A DNA stretch of 64,000 nucleotides, taken from a virus. Under the pieces are notes generated by a model that worked only from the letters and a program-made list of their open reading frames with translations, was not told where the DNA came from and did no database searches. The stretch spans positions 52,238 through 116,237 of the IMG/VR virus record IMGVR_UViG_3300037137_001341. The stretch is one strand, 5' to 3'. Shown piece by piece: positions 46,067-54,043 of the stretch (positions within the stretch are counted from its first letter, which is position 1; each line of letters starts with the position of its first letter). Position numbers and translations under genes: made by a program.

Positions 46067-46339
46067 CTACTTGCTCTCGCACTCCTTCCCGCGCTTCTCG
46101 ACCATCTGCCAGCACCGCGGGCGCTCTTTCAGGTCCATGACCCTCTTCGGCATCGTGTCCTCGCACACCGTCATCGCGCACTGCGCGCCGCTGCTGATGT
46201 AGACGGAGATGTCGTTCGGCACGCTGTCAGGCACGACCCAGCATCGGTCGGGCTCGCGACCCGTGACGATGATGTACGTGAGCACCGCGCAGAGCGCGAC
46301 GAACGCGGACGGCAGTACGAGTGGGATGATCTTCTTCAC
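46067..46339 (-). CDS. Small N-terminal TM protein
   Basis: GTG start, TM, 4 Cys. Confidence 0.55.
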   Translation of the reverse strand: MKKIIPLVLPSAFVALCAVLTYIIVTGREPDRCWVVPDSVPNDISVYISSGAQCAMTVCEDTMPKRVMDLKERPRCWQMVEKRGKECESK

Positions 46340-46665
46340 GAGCCGCCATCCCCTGCGAGCGCGTTCCGTCCCTTCCCGTGTCGCCCGAGGCGCTCCAGGA
46401 ACGCCTGCTCCTCCGCATCGTGCTTCGCCTTCTTCACCGCGGCGTACGCCTTGAGCCCAGCCCGAAGCTCGTCCTCCGGCATGTCTCCACGGTTCCAGCC
46501 GTTCAGGAGGTAGAGCGCCTTGCTCGACAGGTAGCTCAAGGCGATGTTCATGCCGTAGTTCACGCGCGCCCGCTCGTCGTCGATGCCATGTCGCTTGCCG
46601 ACACGGTAGAACCCCCAGCACAGCACCACCACGGTGCTGGCCGCTATCGCCGGCTCCCAGGTCAT
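46336..46665 (-). CDS. Small N-terminal TM protein
   Basis: [20 protein letters not shown]. Confidence 0.6.
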   Translation of the reverse strand: MTWEPAIAASTVVVLCWGFYRVGKRHGIDDERARVNYGMNIALSYLSSKALYLLNGWNRGDMPEDELRAGLKAYAAVKKAKHDAEEQAFLERLGRHGKGRNALAGDGGS

Positions 46666-47048
46666 GTGCCCTCTCCCTCCATCACGGTCGCCGTCCACCC
46701 CTCGCGCGCCATCGCCTCCGCGATCTCGTCGTCGATGACGCCGTGGTCGTAGGAGCAGTAGTACGTCATGTAGTCGCCCTCGCCGACGATCGCCGCAATC
46801 ATGTCGCCCGCAGCGCGGAACGAGTAGCTCGCCGTGTCGCCGTTCGTGTGCTTCCAGTCGATGTTCGCAAGCGAGCCCCAGAGCCGGTGCCCGATGCCCT
46901 TGCCCTCGTACCAGCCGGGATGCCCCTGCCCGACATGTTCCTTGCGCAGTCGCTCCCCGAGCGCCCGCTCGACCGCCGCCTCGAAGAGATCCTCGTCGTT
47001 CCGCGGACGCCCGCCCGTCACGCCGCCCATGCCTCCGAAGTCCGTCAT
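46662..47048 (-). CDS. Hypothetical phage protein
   Basis: [31 protein letters not shown]. Confidence 0.7.
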   Translation of the reverse strand: MTDFGGMGGVTGGRPRNDEDLFEAAVERALGERLRKEHVGQGHPGWYEGKGIGHRLWGSLANIDWKHTNGDTASYSFRAAGDMIAAIVGEGDYMTYYCSYDHGVIDDEIAEAMAREGWTATVMEGEGT

Positions 47049-47278
47049 GTGCCGTCCCATCCTTCCTGTCGAGCCCTGGCTAGCACGTCTCTGTCATCGA
47101 TCATGTTCGCTGTCCAGCGCTCACCGCGCTGCACTCCCGACTCGACATGTGCCAGCCGCACCGTCGTCTCCCCTGCGCTGCCTGCGATGATGGTGAACCA
47201 GCCCTCCTTCGGTCGCCAGATCCAGATCGGGCCGAAGAGCACCGTGCCGTCTTTCAGAACTACGCGAGCGTCGTGCAT
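47045..47278 (-). CDS. Small hypothetical protein
   Basis: 77 aa, GAGGGG RBS, coupled. Confidence 0.6.
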   Translation of the reverse strand: MHDARVVLKDGTVLFGPIWIWRPKEGWFTIIAGSAGETTVRLAHVESGVQRGERWTANMIDDRDVLARARQEGWDGT

Positions 47279-47288
47279 CGCCCCTCAC

Positions 47289-47432
47289 TCAGTACCACTG
47301 CACATGCTTCTGGATGCACCGCTCGCAGAAGGGCATGCCGCAGCCGAAGCAGCGCTTGATCTGTTCCTTCGTGCCGCCGAGGCCGCAGTCCGAGCAGCGG
47401 GCACCTTCAGCGAAGTAGCGTCGGGCGTTCAC
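47289..47432 (-). CDS. Small Zn-finger protein
   Basis: CSDC, CFGC, FCERC..KH. Confidence 0.6.
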   Translation of the reverse strand: MNARRYFAEGARCSDCGLGGTKEQIKRCFGCGMPFCERCIQKHVQWY

Positions 47433-47779
47433 TGGGCTGCCTCCTCGTGCATCTTCTTGCCGAGCGCTGTCGCAAGCTGCAGGCCGCTCATGGGATGCGG
47501 CGTGTCCTGCTCGACTGGCAGCAGAGGCATATGCTGCAGAACCAGATCGTCCCGCGGCATCTTGTGGACCCACTCGGCGCGGGCACGCGCGCCGAACCAG
47601 TAGTGGTTCCAGACGACGCCGAGCACGCCGCCGGTCCCCCGGTGCGTCACGAGCCAGCGCTCGACGTTGCCGGTCGGGGCGCGGGGAGATGCCGTGCTGA
47701 TCGGGTTCACCGCCGGGAACGGCGCGAAGACGCGCCTGGGCTTCTTCTTGGCGAGCTTGAGCGGGGTCTTGAGGGCCAT
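47429..47779 (-). CDS. Hypothetical protein
   Basis: MALKTPLKLAKKK..., coupled. Confidence 0.6.
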   Translation of the reverse strand: MALKTPLKLAKKKPRRVFAPFPAVNPISTASPRAPTGNVERWLVTHRGTGGVLGVVWNHYWFGARARAEWVHKMPRDDLVLQHMPLLPVEQDTPHPMSGLQLATALGKKMHEEAAQ

Positions 47780-48300
47780 CACCGCACCATCCTCGCTCCC
47801 GCGAGCGCCACCGCAATCGCGTCGCTCGCGTGCTCGCTCATCACTTTCGGGCAGTCCCTCACGAGGGCACGTACCGCTCGCTGCACCTGTGCCTTGCTCG
47901 CTGTTCTCGGGATGCCGGCGAGCACCGCCTTCACCTGCACGGGCGTCGGCTCGTAGAACAGGAAGCCCTCCTGGAACGTGTACGCGCGGACCAGACCGAC
48001 GACCTGCTGCACGAGCATGCCGGAGGCGTTCGTCTGCCCGGTCCGGCGCTTGCCCTCCTGCACCCCGGCCTGCTCCTCGCAGGCGACGACCAGTTCTTCG
48101 GTCCTGACGCCCTGGAACACAGAACGCGGGATGGCTCGTAGCTTCCAGTAGATCATCGCCATGCGCTCGTTCGGGCGATCCTTGGACGACGTCCGTATGG
48201 TGTCCACGTGCGCTAGGCGCCACTTCTCTGCGTCGCGCATGATGACCGCGACCCCGCACGCAGCGAGCCCAGGGTCTATACCTATGGCCAGCCGGATCAC
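47779..48300 (-). CDS. ruvC: Holliday junction resolvase RuvC
   Basis: IGIDPG, ACEE, PVQVKAVLAG..TASKAQVQ, HASDAIAVAL. Confidence 0.93.
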   Translation of the reverse strand: MIRLAIGIDPGLAACGVAVIMRDAEKWRLAHVDTIRTSSKDRPNERMAMIYWKLRAIPRSVFQGVRTEELVVACEEQAGVQEGKRRTGQTNASGMLVQQVVGLVRAYTFQEGFLFYEPTPVQVKAVLAGIPRTASKAQVQRAVRALVRDCPKVMSEHASDAIAVALAGARMVR

Positions 48301-48536
48301 CAGTCCTCCTTGTCCCAGGCGATGACCTCCGACAGCGCGTTCATCACCGCGTCGTGCACGGCCGTGACGACAGTCTCCTCGTCCGGCTTGTTTGTGTGCT
48401 TGCGCGCATGCACGAGGCCGTACCGCACGCCCGCGTTCACGCAGTCGTTGATGATGGCATACGCGCGGAAGCGCACCTGCACTCCGGTCGCCAGCGGCTT
48501 CCGCCGCCTGCGCTTCACTCGCTTCCTCGCGACCAT
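48297..48536 (-). CDS. Small basic hypothetical protein
   Basis: MVARKRVKRRRRK..., coupled. Confidence 0.6.
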   Translation of the reverse strand: MVARKRVKRRRRKPLATGVQVRFRAYAIINDCVNAGVRYGLVHARKHTNKPDEETVVTAVHDAVMNALSEVIAWDKEDW

Positions 48537-48844
48537 CAGTTCACCGGGGGCATCGGTGCCGCTGCAGCGACGACCGACGGCGGCCTGACCATCTCGTCCA
48601 GGAACCAGCGAAGCTCGTCGGCCTCCTTCTGGATCTTCGTGATGTCCGTCTCGTCGGCGACGGCGAGCGTGACGGACACGCCGCTGCGCGAGATCGAGAC
48701 GCTCTCGACCTCCACCGCGGAGAGCGACGTGATGACGCCGAGCGCCTGCTTGATCTCCGGGAGGCGGTTGTCCCAGTGGCGCGCCCACCACCACGGAGTG
48801 ACGTTGCTGACGAGAGAATGGCCCGAATAGCTGCTGTTGCTCAT
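48536..48844 (-). CDS. Hypothetical protein
   Basis: First gene after a promoter-like element. Confidence 0.55.
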   Translation of the reverse strand: MSNSSYSGHSLVSNVTPWWWARHWDNRLPEIKQALGVITSLSAVEVESVSISRSGVSVTLAVADETDITKIQKEADELRWFLDEMVRPPSVVAAAAPMPPVN

Positions 48845-48845
48845 G

Positions 48846-48881
48846 GCTAGCTACCTTGCGGCTAGCCAAGTGCTTCGTCAA
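48846..48881 (-). promoter_or_regulatory. Promoter with two GCTAGC sites
   Basis: TTGACG-17nt-CAAGGT; GCTAGC at 48846 and 48861. Confidence 0.5.
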
Positions 48882-48947
48882 CGGCCAGTTTTCAGGGGAA
48901 CATGACCACGCGATTTTCTTTCGCGGGCATGTGACGGCGAACGCGAT

Positions 48948-49703
48948 CTACGGAGTGGGTTTGCCGCCGAGGCGTCCGAGGAACGGTGCGCCAGCGGCGG
49001 TGCGGGCCTTGATCGGCGCCGTCGCGGTCGCCTCGGTCTTCGAGGCCGACGAAGTCGGCCAGCCCTGATCGAACTTGAGTTTGTCCTTCAGCTTCATCAG
49101 CTTGTCGAGCGCTGGTGACGACTTCGTCGGGGCGTTGCCGCGCGGCAGCGGCGGGAAGTCGATGAAGCCGCCGATGGCGTTCATCAGCCGCGTTCCCTTC
49201 GCGGCGCCCGCGCTCATGTTGTAGATGACGAGCGCCTCCTCAAAGTCGTTCCCCGGACTCTTGTCCACGAGACGCTGAGCCATCGGTGAATACTGGTCTG
49301 CCAAGTCTGCGGCGGTGCCCGCAAGAGAGAACTCGAACCCCCAAAATTCCGGGAGGAAATTCTCCGGCGTAGGAGTGCCACCGAACGCTACGGCGAGCAG
49401 GTTGATGTTCGGCTGTATGAAGATCAGCGGCACGAACGTCAGCGAGAGCGTGAACGTGTGCCCGTCTCCGGCGCCGGCAAGCTCAGCGTCCGCAAGGCCC
49501 AGCAGGAGCTGGGAAGGGAAGTCCACTGCGATGAGTGCGTTCTGGGCAACGACAGAGTCCAGCGCCTCCTGGGCTTTGAGAGCCATCTCGTCTGCTTCGG
49601 CCGCCTGGACACATACCTCCAGGAACGGACGAATGGGCGTGGAAGGCGGGAGAGACGCAAAGAAGAGCCGGGGACTGAGCAACACCAGTGGCGAGATGGC
49701 CAT
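48948..49703 (-). CDS. Stand-alone homolog of the spike N-terminal domain
   Basis: LAGAGDGHTF and AGAAKGTRLM match LTGAGDGHMF and AGAAKGQRVM of 6948-9146; own promoter TTGACT-17-CAATCT (49710-49738). Confidence 0.75.
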   Translation of the reverse strand: MAISPLVLLSPRLFFASLPPSTPIRPFLEVCVQAAEADEMALKAQEALDSVVAQNALIAVDFPSQLLLGLADAELAGAGDGHTFTLSLTFVPLIFIQPNINLLAVAFGGTPTPENFLPEFWGFEFSLAGTAADLADQYSPMAQRLVDKSPGNDFEEALVIYNMSAGAAKGTRLMNAIGGFIDFPPLPRGNAPTKSSPALDKLMKLKDKLKFDQGWPTSSASKTEATATAPIKARTAAGAPFLGRLGGKPTP

Positions 49704-49734
49704 GGCCCCAGATTGCCAGGACACATGCCTGTAG

Positions 49735-50409
49735 TCAACGCACGAGCGAGCGGACCTCTTTCGCTGCGTCTTCAAGCCCCCCGGTGACGTCCAAGTGCCC
49801 GGTCGGCACGGCGTCGGGGCCCGTCGGGTCACCCTCCCAGAATGTGACCTGCCAGACGATGCCGGGCCTGGTCGAGCGGGTGATGCTGACCCAGCCGCGG
49901 TAGCTGCCGGTGCGGCGGAGGCTCATGCTCTCGTCGCGCATGGGGGAGGCGAACGCTCCGGTGCGCGCGACTTCTGAGCGCACATGCTCAGCGAAGGCGT
50001 CGCGCTCGTGTCGGAGACGGGCCGCGAACACCGCGAGTGGCTCGCGCGGGTTGTTCCTGTACTTCTCGTTGACCGAGACGCCGCTGCCTCTCGGGTAGCG
50101 CATCCCGAGTCGCCTGAGCAGCGCCTTGCGCGGACGGTCGTGCAGGTCGATGTTGTCGTAGCCGATGCGGTCCTCGTCGAACAGATCGAGAAGCTCCTCC
50201 AGCCGGTCCTGAGACACGTCTGCGTATGCGTCACGGTACTCGACGCCGCGCTCTTCGTGACCCGACACCCGCAGCTTGCCTTCGACCGCATCGACAAGCG
50301 GCTCGGCGCCCCTGTACATGTCCGCCGTCTCGTCCCACGTCGCGCACGCCTCCTCGTCAGCATCCGGTTCGAGCATGCTGCACGTAAGCTCGATCGTTGC
50401 GAACTTCAC
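49735..50409 (-). CDS. Two-domain hypothetical protein with YRNNP linker
   Basis: GTG start; acidic N-domain; C-domain WQVTFW...PTGH. Confidence 0.65.
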   Translation of the reverse strand: MKFATIELTCSMLEPDADEEACATWDETADMYRGAEPLVDAVEGKLRVSGHEERGVEYRDAYADVSQDRLEELLDLFDEDRIGYDNIDLHDRPRKALLRRLGMRYPRGSGVSVNEKYRNNPREPLAVFAARLRHERDAFAEHVRSEVARTGAFASPMRDESMSLRRTGSYRGWVSITRSTRPGIVWQVTFWEGDPTGPDAVPTGHLDVTGGLEDAAKEVRSLVR

Positions 50410-50729
50410 AGCATCCTCGCCGCGAGCTTCGCAAGCCGCGCCGGGCTCGGCGAGTACGCCCACATGATCAACGCCAGGTGCCTGCGCGTTGGCACGCCGT
50501 CCTTCCAGAGCGGCTCACCATGCGCCTTCACCTGGGCCATGTGCCTCGCCACGAAGTTGTCGCGCTTCAGCGCCCAGTGCTCCGACAGCCGATTCGGATC
50601 TCCGCCGGCACGTCGGTACGCGGTCATAAAGCCACGCGGGCTACGAGCTACGACCGACACGCCGAGCTTTCTGGCTGCGGACATGTACTGGTCGATGAGC
50701 CAGAGGCTCAGGTAGCGCGGACTGCTCAC
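50406..50729 (-). CDS. Small basic hypothetical protein
   Basis: 107 aa, coupled. Confidence 0.65.
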   Translation of the reverse strand: MSSPRYLSLWLIDQYMSAARKLGVSVVARSPRGFMTAYRRAGGDPNRLSEHWALKRDNFVARHMAQVKAHGEPLWKDGVPTRRHLALIMWAYSPSPARLAKLAARML

Positions 50730-51769
50730 AGCGCCTCTCTCCCGTTCTCGACCAGCGCCTCCTCGATGTCCTTCCCGCCCGCCGTCGGCGTGTGCCCCGG
50801 ATCGAAGATCACGATGCGGTCCCAGTCATCGGCGTCACGCGCGACGTGCCAGCCGATGTTCAGCAGGTGTACGTCGCGCAGGTAGACGCCGTGCGACGCG
50901 AGCATGTTCAGGGACTCGCCGAGTGGAGCGGCGGCGGGACCGTTGAACATCGTCTCGACGACGCGGTTGATCTTGTACTCGGCGTCTTCCAACGACTTGG
51001 AATGAAGCCAAAACTGGGACGGGCTCGTACGAGGATTCTTCCGCTTGTGCCACTCGGTCGCCAGCATCCGGTACTTGCCGAGACCATCGAGCGCCACGTC
51101 TAAGTCCTGCGCCCCTGGGCCGTAATCTTTTAGGGCCGGAGATCGAAGCCCTAGCGGGAGCCCGTACTTCCCGCGCGTGAAATCGCTGAAGTGCAGACTG
51201 TCACGTCGGTTCACGAACACCGGCACGACATTCTCACGCACGATCGCCCAGACCTTCTTCTTCCGTCCGCCGTACACGATGTCCGGCGTGATCCGGTGGA
51301 TGCTCTTGATCTCCGGGAAGCCCTGAAGGCCCCACTGCTCGTCCCGTACGAGCCCAGCGATCTTCGACCAGATCGGCCCCTCTGTCGGATCGATCGAGAG
51401 CTTCACGACCCACGGTGGCGTGCTCTCGAAGACGCAGCCCCAGTGGCCGCATCCGAGCATCGCGCCGAGCGGCATCCCGATGGCCGCCTCGATCTTGTCG
51501 CGCTTCGTGAGCAGCTGCTCGACCCACGCCTTCTTGCGTACGTTCGCCACGTACTCGTCCTCGTCGTACGGCAGCGCCTCCAATCCTTCGCGCGTCCGCA
51601 CCATCACCACGGCGGCGCGTGTCGCGAGGAAGGCATCTCCAGGCTCTACGCCTGACTCGATCATACTCTCGGCGACGTCATCCGGCTCGACGCCGTACAC
51701 GGAGAGCGCCGCAGCCGCGCGCTGGATCAGGTCGTCGATGTCGCTCCGGGCGAAGTGCTCGGGGTTCAC
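50726..51769 (-). CDS. Protein kinase-like protein
   Basis: LGCGHWGCVF (Gly loop), VVK, RDVHLLNIG (catalytic loop), IVIFDPG. Confidence 0.8.
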   Translation of the reverse strand: MNPEHFARSDIDDLIQRAAAALSVYGVEPDDVAESMIESGVEPGDAFLATRAAVVMVRTREGLEALPYDEDEYVANVRKKAWVEQLLTKRDKIEAAIGMPLGAMLGCGHWGCVFESTPPWVVKLSIDPTEGPIWSKIAGLVRDEQWGLQGFPEIKSIHRITPDIVYGGRKKKVWAIVRENVVPVFVNRRDSLHFSDFTRGKYGLPLGLRSPALKDYGPGAQDLDVALDGLGKYRMLATEWHKRKNPRTSPSQFWLHSKSLEDAEYKINRVVETMFNGPAAAPLGESLNMLASHGVYLRDVHLLNIGWHVARDADDWDRIVIFDPGHTPTAGGKDIEEALVENGREAL

Positions 51770-51975
51770 GCGACCTCGGGTGCCGGCAGCCGCCGGATCG
51801 TGTGCACTCCCCTCGGGCACGGCGGGTGCGCGACTTCCAGCGGGTTCATCTTCGGGGTCATCCGGCAACCGAGCTTCGAGCAGCAGTCGGCGTCCACCTC
51901 GGCGGCTTCCTGGCTCACGTACGGGAAGTGCCGCACGAGGCCGTCAGGGCATATGATCTGCCACCAGTCGGTCAC
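51766..51975 (-). CDS. Small Cys-rich hypothetical protein
   Basis: 69 aa, fills operon gap. Confidence 0.5.
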   Translation of the reverse strand: MTDWWQIICPDGLVRHFPYVSQEAAEVDADCCSKLGCRMTPKMNPLEVAHPPCPRGVHTIRRLPAPEVA

Positions 51976-51978
51976 GGG

Positions 51979-53964
51979 TCACCCGGCGCCCGAGTGCCAC
52001 TCGACTGACCACCCGTCATCCCCGCCGTACTTGCTCCGCGCGTACTGTGCTGCCTCGCGGTAGCTGCCGAAGCTGGTCGGGTCGATGTCGCCACCAACGA
52101 CGTGGATGCGCCAGGCGCTGCCTGGGACGTGCCACTTCCCACCCTCCGCGTTCGCCGCCATGTCCCCCGCGTTCGTCTCCAGGTGCATGCGCTCCGGCTG
52201 CAGCCACTCGACGCTGGTGCCCAGACTGCGCACTCGACTCACTCCTGGCCCGGGATGGCGCTGCATCTGTTCCGCCTGCGCAGACGCACCCTCGTACGCG
52301 CCTTCGCCTTGGCCGTAGCCCATGACGCCCCAGACGTAGCCGCGTGGGGCGCGCTCACCAGAGAACGGACTCACTGAGTACACGCGGTACGTGCCGTACC
52401 TGGAGAACTCCCCCGAGGCGTTCGCCGCCATGTTCACCGCGAAGTGGTGCGGCTTCGTATAGCTCTCGCGCGGCGCCGACGGATCGAACGGCTTCGATGA
52501 TGGCGGGGGCGGGGGGCGGCGGGCGTTCTCTTCGTAACCAGACACCGGCTGCAGATTATCGGCAGCCGTCGTCCACTCGGTCAGGTTCACGCCGGGCACC
52601 CGGTCGATCGCTACGACGTCCGCGGCGACACCACCTGGAACCCTACGCATGCTCTTGATCCGAACACGCTGGCTCCCGTGGAAAAGAGCGACGTCTCCGA
52701 CGGAGAGCCCGAAGTGTCTCTGCACAGCCTCGTCCCAGTTGGCGACGAGCTTGCGCTGGTTCCCGGCGTACCCGCGCTCCGCGAGCCACGTTTGCTCGAA
52801 CTCGTGCGCCGCCTCGGACGCGCTGAAGCCCGCCTGGTACAAGTGCCGCCAGTACTCGGCCTGCGCTTCACCAAAGTGATAGCCACCTCGTTCGAGCAGA
52901 ATCGACACGTCCTCGACCCAGTTCGCGTAGCTCGGGCCGCCGCGCCTGTTCCCTTCGTAGTCAGCGTCGGACTGCCTCCACCGCATCGTTGCCACCGTGC
53001 CAAGTTCTGGCGTGGTGACATCGACATCGCTACCGCCGTGGTACTCGTAGAACTCGGCGTCCGGGTACATCTTCAGCAGCCACCGTTTGGCTTCCAGGAG
53101 GGCAGACTTGCGCGTGTTGTCTGGGTAGCCGGCGAAATCGAAATCCCAGCCCGTCGCAAGAACCACTTCGTAACCGGATCGACGGTTCTTCACGAGCCCA
53201 TGCATGCCCGGCGGGAGCATCTCCCTCGCCGCCGCCTGCGCGTCTTCACGTTCCTCGCGCTCCTGCGCCGCGCCGCCACCGAACGCACGCCGCAGCGCCG
53301 CGACGTTCTCGGACTCCGCCGGTGCTGCAGCCGCTGCAGCAGCAGCCGGCTTCTTCCTCGGCTTCGGCGCTGGAGCAGCCGGTGCCGGCAACGCCCGTGT
53401 CACCGGAGCATATCCCCCAGGCGCGAGGTACTTGGCCATGCCGGGCGGCAGCATCCCATGCACGTAGGCTTCGTGTTCTTCCTGCCGCTGCGCAGCCGGG
53501 ACGAGGGCCTGTACCAGCGCGGCGCGTTGCTCCGGCGGCAGGACATGTGCTGGCAGCCCGGCCATGAACTGCTCCTCGGCCAAGACCAACGCGATCTCGA
53601 AGTCCTCGTCGGTCGCCTGCCCCCTGGCGCTCACCCCGTCGGCGGTGAGCATCAGGTCGAACTCGTTCTTCGCGGCGCCGAAGGTCAGGTGCGCGCCGTG
53701 CTGGTACAGGAACTCGTACAGGCGCGCCTCGAAGTCCGGGTCGATGCGCTTCGTGCGAGCACGTGACCCCATCGCCGCATTGAGCACGGTCTCGATGCTC
53801 ACGTCATGGAACTCGCCGCCGGGGTCGATCGTGATCTTGAACCCATCCGGCGTCACGCCGATGTCCACGACGCTCTTGGACTTCGACAGCCACTCGACGA
53901 GCTTGTTCTGGTAGCTCGGGTCGAGGTCGTGAAGCGTGACGTCGTCGGGATTGCTGCGGCCCAT
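51979..53964 (-). CDS. Polyprotein-like multidomain protein with Asn-motif linkers
   Basis: Small domains separated by LVKN, YEGN, YAGN/LVAN, YEEN, FAVN/MAAN, LETN/MAAN; TTGCGC-18-TAGCCT upstream. Confidence 0.75.
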   Translation of the reverse strand: MGRSNPDDVTLHDLDPSYQNKLVEWLSKSKSVVDIGVTPDGFKITIDPGGEFHDVSIETVLNAAMGSRARTKRIDPDFEARLYEFLYQHGAHLTFGAAKNEFDLMLTADGVSARGQATDEDFEIALVLAEEQFMAGLPAHVLPPEQRAALVQALVPAAQRQEEHEAYVHGMLPPGMAKYLAPGGYAPVTRALPAPAAPAPKPRKKPAAAAAAAAPAESENVAALRRAFGGGAAQEREEREDAQAAAREMLPPGMHGLVKNRRSGYEVVLATGWDFDFAGYPDNTRKSALLEAKRWLLKMYPDAEFYEYHGGSDVDVTTPELGTVATMRWRQSDADYEGNRRGGPSYANWVEDVSILLERGGYHFGEAQAEYWRHLYQAGFSASEAAHEFEQTWLAERGYAGNQRKLVANWDEAVQRHFGLSVGDVALFHGSQRVRIKSMRRVPGGVAADVVAIDRVPGVNLTEWTTAADNLQPVSGYEENARRPPPPPSSKPFDPSAPRESYTKPHHFAVNMAANASGEFSRYGTYRVYSVSPFSGERAPRGYVWGVMGYGQGEGAYEGASAQAEQMQRHPGPGVSRVRSLGTSVEWLQPERMHLETNAGDMAANAEGGKWHVPGSAWRIHVVGGDIDPTSFGSYREAAQYARSKYGGDDGWSVEWHSGAG

Positions 53965-54043
53965 CGAGAGCCAAGGCTACGCCCGCGGCGGGGCGGGGCG
54001 CAAGACCCCCACCCTGGACGGCGGGTTTTAGGGCTTTCGCCGC

